Below, piece by piece: positions 44,464-53,832 of a DNA stretch of 53,852 bases (the first letter of the stretch is position 1; each line of letters opens with the position of its first letter). A model generated the notes under the pieces. That model worked only from the letters and a program-made list of their open reading frames with translations, was not told the DNA's origin and did no database searches. This DNA is from a virus (taxonomy: Duplodnaviria > Caudoviricetes). The position numbers and the translations under genes were made by a program. The stretch spans positions 1 through 53,852 of IMG/VR virus record IMGVR_UViG_3300009428_000011. The stretch is one strand, 5' to 3'.

Positions 44464-45477
44464 CTAGAGAAAATCTGACGCGCTTTCAAGCATCGCTTCA
44501 ATTTGCGCTTCGGTCATACCTTCCATTTCTGCTGTGATAGTCGCAGCATCTTTGTCCAGTAAGTTTGCGTTAGCGCTCATATCGCTGGCTTGTGTGCCTA
44601 CGTCAGTGGGGGTATTTGGGATTGGTGCAGAGTTTGCGTTGCTTGGCTTAGGCTTGTGCTGTTCACCAAAGGCGCTTTGTACGCGCTTTTCAACTTCTTT
44701 AAATCGCTCTGCTACAGATTTGTTTGCAAACGATGGGTCTTTTGCGAGCTTGTCATCAATAACCTTTGCCATATCCCACTTATCAACGTCACTTTCCATC
44801 CACTGTTTTAAGTGCTGTGAATTAGAAAACGCGTCTTGCACTTCATTTTGTGAAGTAGGTTGTTGTGGTGCCGGCTGGTTTTTGGTGCCGTATTGCTGAA
44901 TTTGGTTAGCAAGTTCACTAACTAATTCGCCTAGCTCTGGATATTCGTCCTTTATGCGTTCCATTAGCTCAGGATCTTTAAGCATTTCACCTGGTAGTTT
45001 GCGTGGATCTATTCCAGCCTCTTTAAGTTGGCTGCTATGTAGCTCGGCTACACGTTTAGATTCTGCAAACTGGCTTTCAAGTTCTGCTTTTTCGGTGGCT
45101 AGTCTTTCGCGTTCGGCTTCGGCTGCTGCTACACGCTCTCGCGTTTGAACAAGTACGTCATACGGTAAACTGTGCTGACCGTTCTTGCTGCTTATATCCG
45201 TTGCTTCTACGTAATACTTACCGTCAATTTCAACAAAACCTTCTGGTGCTTCACCTTCTTTGGTTGACGACTCCCCTTCTACGTCTGTTTTAGCTGGTGT
45301 TTCGCTTACTTCCTGCTTTGGCTCTGCCGCTGGTGTTTCTTGTTTGATTTCTACTACAGGCTCTTTTTCGCCATCTTCGCCACCAAACAACGTATCACCA
45401 TCAATATCAAGACCAGCTAGTGCCGCCTCAATTTCTTCGTCAGTGCCATTTGCTAATATCTCGTCTAGTTCGTCCAC
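44464..45477 (-). CDS. capsid scaffolding protein
   Basis: GTG 45477 after GGGG; acidic coiled-coil protein directly upstream of the MCP. Confidence 0.75.
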   Translation of the reverse strand: MDELDEILANGTDEEIEAALAGLDIDGDTLFGGEDGEKEPVVEIKQETPAAEPKQEVSETPAKTDVEGESSTKEGEAPEGFVEIDGKYYVEATDISSKNGQHSLPYDVLVQTRERVAAAEAERERLATEKAELESQFAESKRVAELHSSQLKEAGIDPRKLPGEMLKDPELMERIKDEYPELGELVSELANQIQQYGTKNQPAPQQPTSQNEVQDAFSNSQHLKQWMESDVDKWDMAKVIDDKLAKDPSFANKSVAERFKEVEKRVQSAFGEQHKPKPSNANSAPIPNTPTDVGTQASDMSANANLLDKDAATITAEMEGMTEAQIEAMLESASDFL

Positions 45478-45563
45478 TTTATTACCCCATCGACCATTTA
45501 ACGTATGGTTACGAAAATTAAAATTTAGGCGTATCGCTGCCCTTGCGAGTTTGTGCATCGCAC

Positions 45564-45596
45564 AAAAAAGCCGCCTTAATTTCTCAAAGCGGCTTC
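45564..45596 (-). terminator. intrinsic terminator
   Basis: Minus strand AAGCCGCTTTGAG-AAA-TTAAGGCGGCTTTTTT. Confidence 0.7.
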
Positions 45597-45624
45597 ATTT
45601 CTGCGTAGTACGTGTTTTTTTTAT

Positions 45625-46356
45625 TTAGCCTGCGTGAATGGCTTGTTTGACAATAGCGCTAAAAATATGGTCTTTAGCTTGTTGCTCTGCTGGTAGGTGA
45701 TGGAATGGCACCATGCATGGATGCTCTTTTTTCTTTGCATCTTTCACCTTGCCATACTTCCAACCAGCAACCACTTTTTCAGTCATCCAGCTATCGTGAG
45801 AAGCGCTTGCCGGCGCATCAGGGTTTAAAATATGGAATGCTACGCCCTTGATGGCTGAATCAATTTGCCATTGTGGTGCCATTTCCCAACTTGGCTGATC
45901 TTCTCGCAGTGCTGCGCAGTATGCGCGGTTAACTTCGTGACACATTTTAGCAATGGCTTTAACTTGGCCCATATGCTCTTGCGGTATACCAAGTTCGTTA
46001 TCACCACCTACATCAGCAAATTCAATTTTGTTATAGCCTTCTTCAAATACTTGCTTAGGGCTTATTGATACATAGTCATTTTCATACAGCACAATATAAT
46101 CGCCGGCTACTGGTGTGTAGCGTGCTATTAGCGCCTGGCTAGCAAGGTAAGGTAAATCAATGTCAGTTCCAGGTATGCCAATAATTAAGGAAAGATCAAG
46201 TTGTCCGTCCACTGTAGCTACCGATTTAATCTCAGCGGCTTGAACCACTTTAAAGCACTGGTACTCGGCCATTACTTCGCGTATGTGGACTGTTGCGCCA
46301 TCATCACCACAAAGCACCACGTTGATAACTTCTTTTGTTTCATTACTCACTTTCAA
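45625..46356 (-). CDS. two-domain protein: PGDYG-like N-domain + RyR (ryanodine receptor repeat) domain
   Basis: N: YQCFKVVQAAEI..PVAGDYIVLYENDYVSISPKQVFEEGY. C: SHDSWMTEKVVAGWKYGKVKDAKKKEHPCMVPFHHLPAEQQAKD. Confidence 0.75.
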   Translation of the reverse strand: MKVSNETKEVINVVLCGDDGATVHIREVMAEYQCFKVVQAAEIKSVATVDGQLDLSLIIGIPGTDIDLPYLASQALIARYTPVAGDYIVLYENDYVSISPKQVFEEGYNKIEFADVGGDNELGIPQEHMGQVKAIAKMCHEVNRAYCAALREDQPSWEMAPQWQIDSAIKGVAFHILNPDAPASASHDSWMTEKVVAGWKYGKVKDAKKKEHPCMVPFHHLPAEQQAKDHIFSAIVKQAIHAG

Positions 46357-46645
46357 CTACCTCGATACCAAGTACAGCCACGGTTGTTCCCTTAACTGTT
46401 GCTTTAATGCCTGCTGCGCTTGCGTTTGTTTCGTAGCGCCAGCCCTTATAATAAATAGCTAAGCCGCCGTCATTAGAAGTCGGCTCACCGTCCGTTTCGT
46501 GGATAAACACATCAACTTCACTTTTGTTTTGTATTTTAAGCACTGTGCCTGCTGGTAGCTGCGGCAAGTTTGGCTGCTCATTAAGTAAAGCTAAAACATC
46601 GTTTGTGGTTTTAGGGTGAATTGTAATGTTTGGTCTAAACGGCAT
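46343..46645 (-). CDS. hypothetical protein
   Basis: 100 aa; beta-rich; overlaps its neighbours. Confidence 0.7.
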   Translation of the reverse strand: MPFRPNITIHPKTTNDVLALLNEQPNLPQLPAGTVLKIQNKSEVDVFIHETDGEPTSNDGGLAIYYKGWRYETNASAAGIKATVKGTTVAVLGIEVVESE

Positions 46646-46934
46646 TTTGCTCGTCCTCTACTGGTGTGAAGTGCGCAACAATTTCACGCGCTTGATTAAT
46701 GTTGCAAATAAATGGGCCAATAATGCCTTGCTCCATTTGCTCAATCGTTTCGCTTGTTGACAGGTATTTAAAGTCGGCTTCTGAATACTCAGCCTCGATA
46801 GGTGCTAAATCAGAGCCAGCAAAAACTAGTAATTTATACCCGCCAAAGGTCGGTGCGTCAGGCCATCTTTCGGATAGTGAGCGCTCCCAGTCACCAACTG
46901 TAACTAACGCGTATTTTTGATTAGCTATTGGCAT
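46635..46934 (-). CDS. hypothetical protein
   Basis: Likely start ATG 46934 (MPIANQKY) after GGAG. Confidence 0.65.
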   Translation of the reverse strand: MPIANQKYALVTVGDWERSLSERWPDAPTFGGYKLLVFAGSDLAPIEAEYSEADFKYLSTSETIEQMEQGIIGPFICNINQAREIVAHFTPVEDEQNAV

Positions 46935-46935
46935 A

Positions 46936-47526
46936 CTATATTTGCTCCCATACGTCCGAGCTATAGTTGGGCATAAACGCATTAACATTGCCTACCGTTG
47001 CAAGCTGTGTAGCGCCTTGCTCTTTGTTGGTTAGTGGCATTTTGTATGTAATAACTTCATCGATCAATATTTCAAAATCGTACACGCACCCTTGCAAAAA
47101 GTAAGTTTGACCATTGTTATGCGCGCCTATGTCTTTTATATAGAAAGTATTAGCTACACTAAGCTCAACTTGATGAGTAAGCCCGTCTAATGGGTACGAT
47201 TCATCCATATCAATACCGTCAACAGTACCGGTTATATCCCCCTTTTGCTTCATGTAAGCAGGCCTGCCTTGAGTAGCGTCTAGGTATAACCTTGTTCTTA
47301 CTGTGTCCCCCTCATCATGACCGAAAAGCACTTCTGAAATATATGGAACCTCAGTTATTCCAGCCATCTTAAAGCGTATTTTAGCCCCTGCTGGCACCTC
47401 TAATATTTCACTAAAGCGCCAATACTGACTAAGCCCATCAAGTCTAGCCACCCACTTAATAGCAATAGCTATCTTGCTCTTAACAAAGCCCGCCTGCTCT
47501 AATGTTGGTGAAATTAAACCGCTCAT
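46936..47526 (-). CDS. hypothetical beta-sandwich protein (possible head fibre/lectin-like)
   Basis: 196 aa right after portal; LDGLSQYW..IGA....YFLQGCVYDFEI pattern. Confidence 0.6.
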   Translation of the reverse strand: MSGLISPTLEQAGFVKSKIAIAIKWVARLDGLSQYWRFSEILEVPAGAKIRFKMAGITEVPYISEVLFGHDEGDTVRTRLYLDATQGRPAYMKQKGDITGTVDGIDMDESYPLDGLTHQVELSVANTFYIKDIGAHNNGQTYFLQGCVYDFEILIDEVITYKMPLTNKEQGATQLATVGNVNAFMPNYSSDVWEQI

Positions 47527-47528
47527 AA

Positions 47529-49625
47529 TTACACCTGTATCGCGTCTAGTTGCTGTTGAATGTTGGCTTGTACGTTTGATTTCATTGCCGCTATTTCGGC
47601 ATTGCTTCTGCGTACTTCACTTAAAATCTTTTCAGTTTCAGCTATCAACTTGTCGTCTTTAACTTCTTCTGTTTCAGTTTTCTTCTGTAATTCAATAATT
47701 TTTACTCTTAGCTGTTCGCGCTCAAGAGTTAGCTTTTCAAGATTGCCTTGAATTTCTTGCATTTGTAGCTGTTCCATTGCCTGTGCTTTTTCAGCTTGGG
47801 CTTTTGCTTGTGCAAGTTCTTCTTCGCTCATATCCTCTTGCGGCTTAGGAATATTTAACGCTTGGCGTAGAGTAGCTAAAAATTCCTCTTTATTCGGTAG
47901 GTCCATTAGTTCAACGAACATAGGCATTGTCGCTGCTTGTGCTTCTGGCGGTATTTGTGCCATTACATTGCTTAATAGCGTTGCTTGTTGTTGGCGATAC
48001 GTTGGCGTAGCTTTAACCGGTGCTAATGCTAAGTGGCCTTTCCATCGTGCAACATCGTTATTGCGCTTGCCTTCTTCGTTAGGCTGGTTAAGTACAATTT
48101 GCTTGCGTTTGGCCTTGTCATCACGGTTAACGGTTACCGCCACATTGTTTTGTGGCTTTAAATCTTCAATTTGGTAAGCAAGTAGTACATCGCCCACTCT
48201 GTTACGTGAAAAATGAAAGTTATCGTTTACTTCAGCAAGTGTTGTTGTGCCTTGCTCAACCAAGTTAGAAATAGCAACACCACTTGTCGCATTACTGTCT
48301 TGGCCTAACATCGAGTTATAAACGCCGGCTGTATCTTGGATTAACTTCATATCGTTTTGCATGAGGTTAAATTGCTGCGCTGCTATGCCTACATCATTTT
48401 GAATGCTTAACGCGTCAGAGGCTTTTAGCTTATTTTTACGCTCAGGGTTTAATGGTATGTAACCGTCCGGCTTTTCTACTTCTTCTTTTAGTCTGTCATT
48501 ACTTAATTGTGTCGCATCTTCATCAGCAACAATTCTGCGAGCTTGCAGTAAGTAGTTAAGACGTATAACGCGCGCATTAATACCGTCTTGCGCTGGCACC
48601 ATGCGACTAATAAGGCCGTAAGGTTCGCCGCTTGCATCTTTTTGGTAGCCAATGAAAGGCACTAAGTTATACATGCCGCCCGGCGCTTCACTAGGTCTGT
48701 CGATAATGCGATGAGGACCAACAAACCACGCTTCACGAACGTTAGGGAAAGAGGCGTATTCTAGTTGTACCTTGCCGCTTTGCACTGCTGCTTGGTGTAT
48801 CTGATTTGTTTTATCGTATTCAATAATGCGCCCGTCACTCATTTTAATAACGTGTGCACGCTTCCATACTTTGTAGTAGATAACCTGCAGTAATACGCGG
48901 TTACGAGTTTGGTCTAGCCACTCGCTTTGCCCGCGTGTCCAACTTTGACTGTCGTGCCATGCTGAATGTAACGCGTGTTCTTCTACATGCTCTTTATCAA
49001 CTGTGTTGTAAAAATCTTCCCACAAATTAACTGAGTTTTTTAAAATCTCTTTGTGATCAGGGAAAGTTGCAAGTGCTTCGTCCAGATCCATCCATTTTTT
49101 ACGCAGCATCCAACGTGCATCGCTGCGATCTGCCTCTTGTGCGTTCCAATCCCACCACACTTCGCGGCGGTGAATAAACTTAACACGATAAGGTGCGGCA
49201 AAAGGAATAGGGTTTTTTGTGACTTCCACCCAGCCAATGCCGGCTTTTAATTGACTAGCATACGCATCTGAACAAGCACGATCAGCATGAGATAAACGCC
49301 AAGCGTCATTAAACTTCTCATTTAGGCCTTTTGCTAGTTCTTCGCCGTTTTCATCATCGGCCACAATCATTAAATCAGAGCGTGAGCGAGCTTCTAAACC
49401 AAGTACGCCATCAATAGTAGGCCCAATCATGTTGTGCACTATTTCTGGCTGGCCGCGATCCTGCAACACCTTTCTAACAGCTTCACTTAATTGGTCGCCA
49501 TCATAGTAAGCACATGCTTTAGTTGCTGGTGTGCGCCAATCCGGTTGACTATCTATATCGCCTAGTAGTGTTAACAGCTTATCTAGCGTAAAGCCGTCTT
49601 TATTTGATTTTACGTGATCAGCCAT
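47529..49625 (-). CDS. portal protein (P22/933W type)
   Basis: 698 aa after terL; AYYDGDQL..RGQP..N.I.PTIDGVLG; SGVAI; C-terminal coiled-coil barrel. Confidence 0.9.
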   Translation of the reverse strand: MADHVKSNKDGFTLDKLLTLLGDIDSQPDWRTPATKACAYYDGDQLSEAVRKVLQDRGQPEIVHNMIGPTIDGVLGLEARSRSDLMIVADDENGEELAKGLNEKFNDAWRLSHADRACSDAYASQLKAGIGWVEVTKNPIPFAAPYRVKFIHRREVWWDWNAQEADRSDARWMLRKKWMDLDEALATFPDHKEILKNSVNLWEDFYNTVDKEHVEEHALHSAWHDSQSWTRGQSEWLDQTRNRVLLQVIYYKVWKRAHVIKMSDGRIIEYDKTNQIHQAAVQSGKVQLEYASFPNVREAWFVGPHRIIDRPSEAPGGMYNLVPFIGYQKDASGEPYGLISRMVPAQDGINARVIRLNYLLQARRIVADEDATQLSNDRLKEEVEKPDGYIPLNPERKNKLKASDALSIQNDVGIAAQQFNLMQNDMKLIQDTAGVYNSMLGQDSNATSGVAISNLVEQGTTTLAEVNDNFHFSRNRVGDVLLAYQIEDLKPQNNVAVTVNRDDKAKRKQIVLNQPNEEGKRNNDVARWKGHLALAPVKATPTYRQQQATLLSNVMAQIPPEAQAATMPMFVELMDLPNKEEFLATLRQALNIPKPQEDMSEEELAQAKAQAEKAQAMEQLQMQEIQGNLEKLTLEREQLRVKIIELQKKTETEEVKDDKLIAETEKILSEVRRSNAEIAAMKSNVQANIQQQLDAIQV

Positions 49626-49628
49626 TTG

Positions 49629-51362
49629 TTATCTTGCCATCCAATGATTAGGGTTATGTGGTGCAGGTGTGTCGTCTTTAATTAGTCGCTTAGGCATTCT
49701 TACTCGCATTTCTTGTGCAATTGCATAGCTCATTACTTGGTCGTCAAAGCCGCCTTGTTGCGCGCCCATTCGACCTTTTTTGTCGTAAACAAACGTATTA
49801 AGCTCGTTAACTGTACCGCGCCAAACAATGCCGTCTTTATCGTGAGTAAGCAGTTCATCAAGCCCACTCGTTAAAATTGGCTTTGACTGTGCGCTTGTAT
49901 GCCAGCCAACCTTGCGTGTTTCTTCGTCCGTATCTTCACGATCAATGTGTTCTTCCGTGTAAATCCGGCTAGTTGGGTAAATCTCAACAAGCTCTTGAAG
50001 TGTTGCATGACCGTGATTGTTTCGCTCAACGCCGATATAGGCCTTGTTATACATAAGTCCGATATGCTTGTTTATATGTGCAAACCGCTTAGGGTCTATA
50101 TGACCGAACCAATGTGCTACCTGTCGCCCGTCCGATCTGGCAACAACGTCTAATGAGCTTCTGTCTCCGTGTTCCAATCCTTCGGCAACATCGGCACCGA
50201 TTGCATAATCTTCGTTTTCGTCTGGTAATTCCCACACAAGAAAGAAACCAAGTGTTGATTGAGCCAGCTTATCGCCACCTTTAGCGCTTAAATCAACTTT
50301 GCCGTTCATTTTTTTGCGCTTGCCGGTGTATGGCTCAAGATCATAAACAAGTAACGGCTTAACGCATCGCCCTTCGGCACGCATTAAATCATCACTATCA
50401 AACACTTTACGGCCTGACGTTAAGAATGCTTCCATCGGTGTAGATGGATATTCCTGCTTCATCTTGCCTTTTTGGTTGCGTTCCTTGCCTATGTACCAGC
50501 TAATTTGCTCGTCTGTGAGTATTGCGCCGTTAGCTTTCTCAACCGCTTTAAAGTATTTAGCTTTTTCCTTTGATAGCTTTAAGCCACCCGGCGGTACTGC
50601 TGCTACATACTTGGGATCATCAAACCAAGGATAAAAATGAAATTTAAAGTCTTGCGGACCAAGCATTAAGCCTGACGCTAAAAGCTCCATCGCATCGACT
50701 GACATATCAAAGAAGTTACCGCTTGCGCCTTCTGCTGTTGACTCTATAAAAATATAAGAGCCTTCATGTACCGCATTCAGTGAGCCCGACTGAACCTCGT
50801 CTGCTCGTAATGGGTAGTTAGCGCATATTTTGCCGTATTCAGATACGTGTAAAACCTGCAGTGTTCCCGAACGAAAAGAAACCGCAACTCGAATCCATGA
50901 GTCATTATTAAACTTAATGCCGGTGCCAGTTTTACTTTTAACTGAGCGCTTACCTGTTTTTAACCAACTTGGTAGTCGCTCGTAGGGATACAATATCTTT
51001 GATGAGAATATTGCCCCCGCTTCGTCCTTGCCCTGGGCGATTACCCCGCACTGCCTGTTGTCGTTAAACATGGCATGATCCAGGATAAAAACTTGTATTG
51101 CTGTACTAAACCCCAATTGACGCGCTTTTAAGATGATGTTTAAAAACCACATCGTCATAAACAACACGGTTTGCGCTATACGACAACGAAATAAAACTTC
51201 ACGGCCTTTCTCGTCCGCAATGATGTATAAGTTGTTTATTCGCCACCACCAACAATCAAGGTATGGCTCGCAACGCTCTAATAGCTCAACTTCGTCTAGT
51301 TCAAAGCGTTCTTCTGGTGTTAACCAGGTGCTTTTAGGGTATTTAGCTAGTTTGGGTTGCAT
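49629..51362 (-). CDS. terL: terminase large subunit
   Basis: Walker A ILKARQLGFST; Walker B LHVSE; ESTAEG; nuclease IGADVAEG, VERNNHG and DDQVMS. Confidence 0.95.
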   Translation of the reverse strand: MQPKLAKYPKSTWLTPEERFELDEVELLERCEPYLDCWWWRINNLYIIADEKGREVLFRCRIAQTVLFMTMWFLNIILKARQLGFSTAIQVFILDHAMFNDNRQCGVIAQGKDEAGAIFSSKILYPYERLPSWLKTGKRSVKSKTGTGIKFNNDSWIRVAVSFRSGTLQVLHVSEYGKICANYPLRADEVQSGSLNAVHEGSYIFIESTAEGASGNFFDMSVDAMELLASGLMLGPQDFKFHFYPWFDDPKYVAAVPPGGLKLSKEKAKYFKAVEKANGAILTDEQISWYIGKERNQKGKMKQEYPSTPMEAFLTSGRKVFDSDDLMRAEGRCVKPLLVYDLEPYTGKRKKMNGKVDLSAKGGDKLAQSTLGFFLVWELPDENEDYAIGADVAEGLEHGDRSSLDVVARSDGRQVAHWFGHIDPKRFAHINKHIGLMYNKAYIGVERNNHGHATLQELVEIYPTSRIYTEEHIDREDTDEETRKVGWHTSAQSKPILTSGLDELLTHDKDGIVWRGTVNELNTFVYDKKGRMGAQQGGFDDQVMSYAIAQEMRVRMPKRLIKDDTPAPHNPNHWMAR

Positions 51363-52036
51363 TACTGACTAACCACGGTATCTAAACCGCCTATGCGTTT
51401 ATCAATGAAATCATCAAGCTTACTAGTGCCGCCAGCTTCTTTACGTGCTTTGGCTGCTTCATGCTCTGCAATTTCCGCCTGATGTTTACCGCGCTTAGTA
51501 GCATTAACAAGTGCTTTTGTTTGCTGTTTGATGCGTGTTGTTTCAGCAATCAACTTACCGCGTGCTAAAGAATCTGTTTCTATGCTTGATAGCGTTTTAG
51601 TTATCGACTCTGCGCGTGTAATGTTTCTATCAAGTGCGTTTTCTGCTTTGAACAACGACTCATAAAGCCGTGTTCTTGCGTCATTGTCAGTGTCAGGATC
51701 ATCTAATAGATTTTGAATACCTGGCAAAGCTTCCATGACCATGTGAATGCGTGCACGACAAAGATCAAGTTCATCTTCTAAAGTGGTAGCTTCAACAAGT
51801 TCGTTAACATCGCCATTAAAATACTTTGAATAACCGCCATGCCTAAAGTTAGGCGCTCTTGTGAGCTTTTGCCCTTCATCTTTTACTACTTTGCGCGGCG
51901 CCGCTCTTGATGTTCTTATATGCTTTCGCGCAGTGCTGTAGTTTAATTTGTTGTTATCGCAAAAATCACGCAACGATATTTTTGTTTCGCCATGCTCTTT
52001 TTGGAATAGCTCGTTTAAATCGCCCCATTTTGACAC
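51362..52036 (-). CDS. terS: terminase small subunit
   Basis: N-terminal HTH (SLRDFCDNNKLNYSTARKHI); NFRHGGYSKY; directly upstream of terL. Confidence 0.85.
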   Translation of the reverse strand: MSKWGDLNELFQKEHGETKISLRDFCDNNKLNYSTARKHIRTSRAAPRKVVKDEGQKLTRAPNFRHGGYSKYFNGDVNELVEATTLEDELDLCRARIHMVMEALPGIQNLLDDPDTDNDARTRLYESLFKAENALDRNITRAESITKTLSSIETDSLARGKLIAETTRIKQQTKALVNATKRGKHQAEIAEHEAAKARKEAGGTSKLDDFIDKRIGGLDTVVSQ

Positions 52037-52308
52037 TACTTGCCACCGTTAGAGTCCTTGAGCTCACTAAGTGCTTGCTCGTCATCTTTTAAAAGCTCTG
52101 CCATTCTGGCTCGATGAAACTCAGCATCTTCCTCTCTTTTTTGCAAGTCGAGTGTATATCGCTTGCTCTGACTGCGCCAATTGATAAAAAACGTAGCGGC
52201 TGTAAAAATTATGCCGAGTATTAGCGCTATTGTGTTTAGCGATAAAAGTCCGCCTGCAGCGGTGCCAATACTTGCGGTGTAACTTGCTACTGTTGTTGAT
52301 TTATCCAT
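52036..52308 (-). CDS. holin (HP1-like)
   Basis: MDKSTTVASYTAS..LSLNTIALILGIIFTAATFFINW followed by a charged tail. Confidence 0.75.
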   Translation of the reverse strand: MDKSTTVASYTASIGTAAGGLLSLNTIALILGIIFTAATFFINWRSQSKRYTLDLQKREEDAEFHRARMAELLKDDEQALSELKDSNGGK

Positions 52309-52582
52309 TGTTCTCACTGGCCCACTGTTTGATTCGGTTAATGTTTTCATTGCATTGGTCTACTAATGCCTCTAAAAGTTGTGCATAGCTAAGCAAGTCC
52401 GCATTGTCTGCTATGACTGTTTGATTGACTTCGCAAGGGGATAAATATTCGCTTGGTGGCGTAACATACTTGTACTGAGTTTGAACAATAATCTCAGTTA
52501 CAGTTTGCGGTTCTTGTGTACTTGAGCAAGCTGATAGCATCACAAGGAATACTGTTATTAGCCCATTTTTTAACAGTTTCAT
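52301..52582 (-). CDS. o-spanin (Rz1-like lipoprotein)
   Basis: Lipobox LSA-C; PP..L.PC and CN.....I..W; overlaps the i-spanin 3' end. Confidence 0.85.
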   Translation of the reverse strand: MKLLKNGLITVFLVMLSACSSTQEPQTVTEIIVQTQYKYVTPPSEYLSPCEVNQTVIADNADLLSYAQLLEALVDQCNENINRIKQWASENNG

Positions 52583-52919
52583 TGTGCGACTCCCTCAAGC
52601 TGTCGATTTCAAATTGTGTTACTGCGAGTTCAGACGTAATTATTTCTATTCTGCGCTCGTATTCGCTGTTGATGCGTGAGATTGAATCACGTTCACGCAT
52701 TAGTTTTTGGTTCTGCTGCTCTGATAGCTTGACGCTTTGAGATAGGTACTCCGCTTGAATTGATAGCGTTTCGAGTTGAGCGTCTTTTGTTTTGATTGTT
52801 GTGTGCGCTGCGTTTAAATCACTTTCTGACTGCGCAAGCTGGTACGTTGCGTAAGCTAGTGCGAGCAATAACGCGAGTATCAATGCTCTTTCAATGCTGC
52901 TGAATAGTGTCGTTATCAT
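52494..52919 (-). CDS. i-spanin (Rz-like)
   Basis: N-terminal TM, coiled coil and WAN..IP motif. Start probably MITTLF. Confidence 0.8.
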   Translation of the reverse strand: MITTLFSSIERALILALLLALAYATYQLAQSESDLNAAHTTIKTKDAQLETLSIQAEYLSQSVKLSEQQNQKLMRERDSISRINSEYERRIEIITSELAVTQFEIDSLRESHNETVKKWANNSIPCDAISLLKYTRTANCN

Positions 52920-53394
52920 TTTTAGCACTGTTAACACCCTCTAAACACATTTTACGCTCTTGCTCTCTGCGAGTGATTAAGCCCGGTAATTTTTGGCCCT
53001 TCGCATAAACCCAGCGTGGTAATTCATTACATGCACGTAAGCGTTGACCTTCGTTTAAATAACGTAACAATGAGCTTCGGCGGAAATTGGCTGTGCCAAC
53101 ATTGTAATGAAATGACAAGTAAGCAATGTGCTCGCCTTGACTTAGCTCTACGTTCACAGCGTCCATTAGCATGCTGTTATGCTCGTCCAAGTCTTGAGCC
53201 AACAAGCCTAAGCATTCATCTTCTGTGTAGGCTTTTCCCGCTATAGCTGTTTTAGTATGACCATAGCAAGCCGTTTCAATGCCAACTGGATCTAAATAAC
53301 CTGTTAGCTCTTTACCTTCAAACGTTGCCACTGTTACGCCAGCTGCAGCAAGTACACCAGACAAACCAAGTGCGATTAACTTTCCTGCTTTCAT
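52891..53394 (-). CDS. endolysin, GH24 lysozyme with SAR-like N-terminus
   Basis: FEG....YLDPVGIETACYGHT (E-8-D-5-T); YNVG; GL..RR..E; Gly/Ala-rich hydrophobic N-terminus. Confidence 0.92.
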   Translation of the reverse strand: MKAGKLIALGLSGVLAAAGVTVATFEGKELTGYLDPVGIETACYGHTKTAIAGKAYTEDECLGLLAQDLDEHNSMLMDAVNVELSQGEHIAYLSFHYNVGTANFRRSSLLRYLNEGQRLRACNELPRWVYAKGQKLPGLITRREQERKMCLEGVNSAKNDNDTIQQH

Positions 53395-53415
53395 AGTGGG
53401 CCTTTTGTTTCGCGC

Positions 53416-53445
53416 ATAAAAAAGCCCGGCTGTTAAACCGGGCAA
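53416..53445 (-). terminator. second late-leader terminator
   Basis: Minus strand GCCCGG-TTTAACAG-CCGGGC-TTTTTT. Confidence 0.7.
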
Positions 53446-53462
53446 AGCAAGTAGCATAGAGC

Positions 53463-53498
53463 AAAAAAAATCCGCTCAGTCATAAACTAAGCGGATTT
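53463..53498 (-). terminator. tR'-like terminator
   Basis: Minus strand AAATCCGCTTAGT-TTATG-ACTGAGCGGATTTTTTTT. Confidence 0.8.
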
Positions 53499-53512
53499 CT
53501 TCAACATGTGAA

Positions 53513-53541
53513 AAGATATATCAATCTTGGGGGGTTTGCAA
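53513..53541 (-). promoter_or_regulatory. late promoter (PR'-like)
   Basis: TTGCAA-17bp-TATCTT, immediately followed by two terminators and then the lysis genes. Confidence 0.7.
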
Positions 53542-53592
53542 GGTGATGTTTGATTTTTACTCTTAGCGCTTCAAATTCCACAGCGCAAAAAA

Positions 53593-53832
53593 GAACATTG
53601 AGTCGATAAACAGGACAAATCGTTATAATTCCCCTTCAATTGTTCCGCTAAAACAGAACATCAATTAAATATCAATAACTTACAGTTTAGATTGTTCCGC
53701 CATTTGTTCCGCGTTGTTCACCCTAAATTTATCAATAAACAATAAAAAACGCCCTTAATTAGATTAAGAGCGCTATTTTGTTCCGCCAATGTTCCGTTTT
53801 GTTCTTTAATGTTCTACTAAATACTTATCAAT
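53593..53832. repeat. array of TGTTC(CGC) direct repeats with IHF-like sites
   Basis: TGTTC at 53641, 53693, 53705, 53715, 53779, 53790, 53800 and 53810; inverted GAACA at 53593 and 53656. TATCAAT at 53670, 53730 and 53826; the first is a full WATCAANNNNTTR. Confidence 0.7.

Noticed and set aside
45478-45558. Extended start of the scaffold ORF
   Set aside because: GTG 45477 has the RBS. The upstream part is leader sequence after a terminator.
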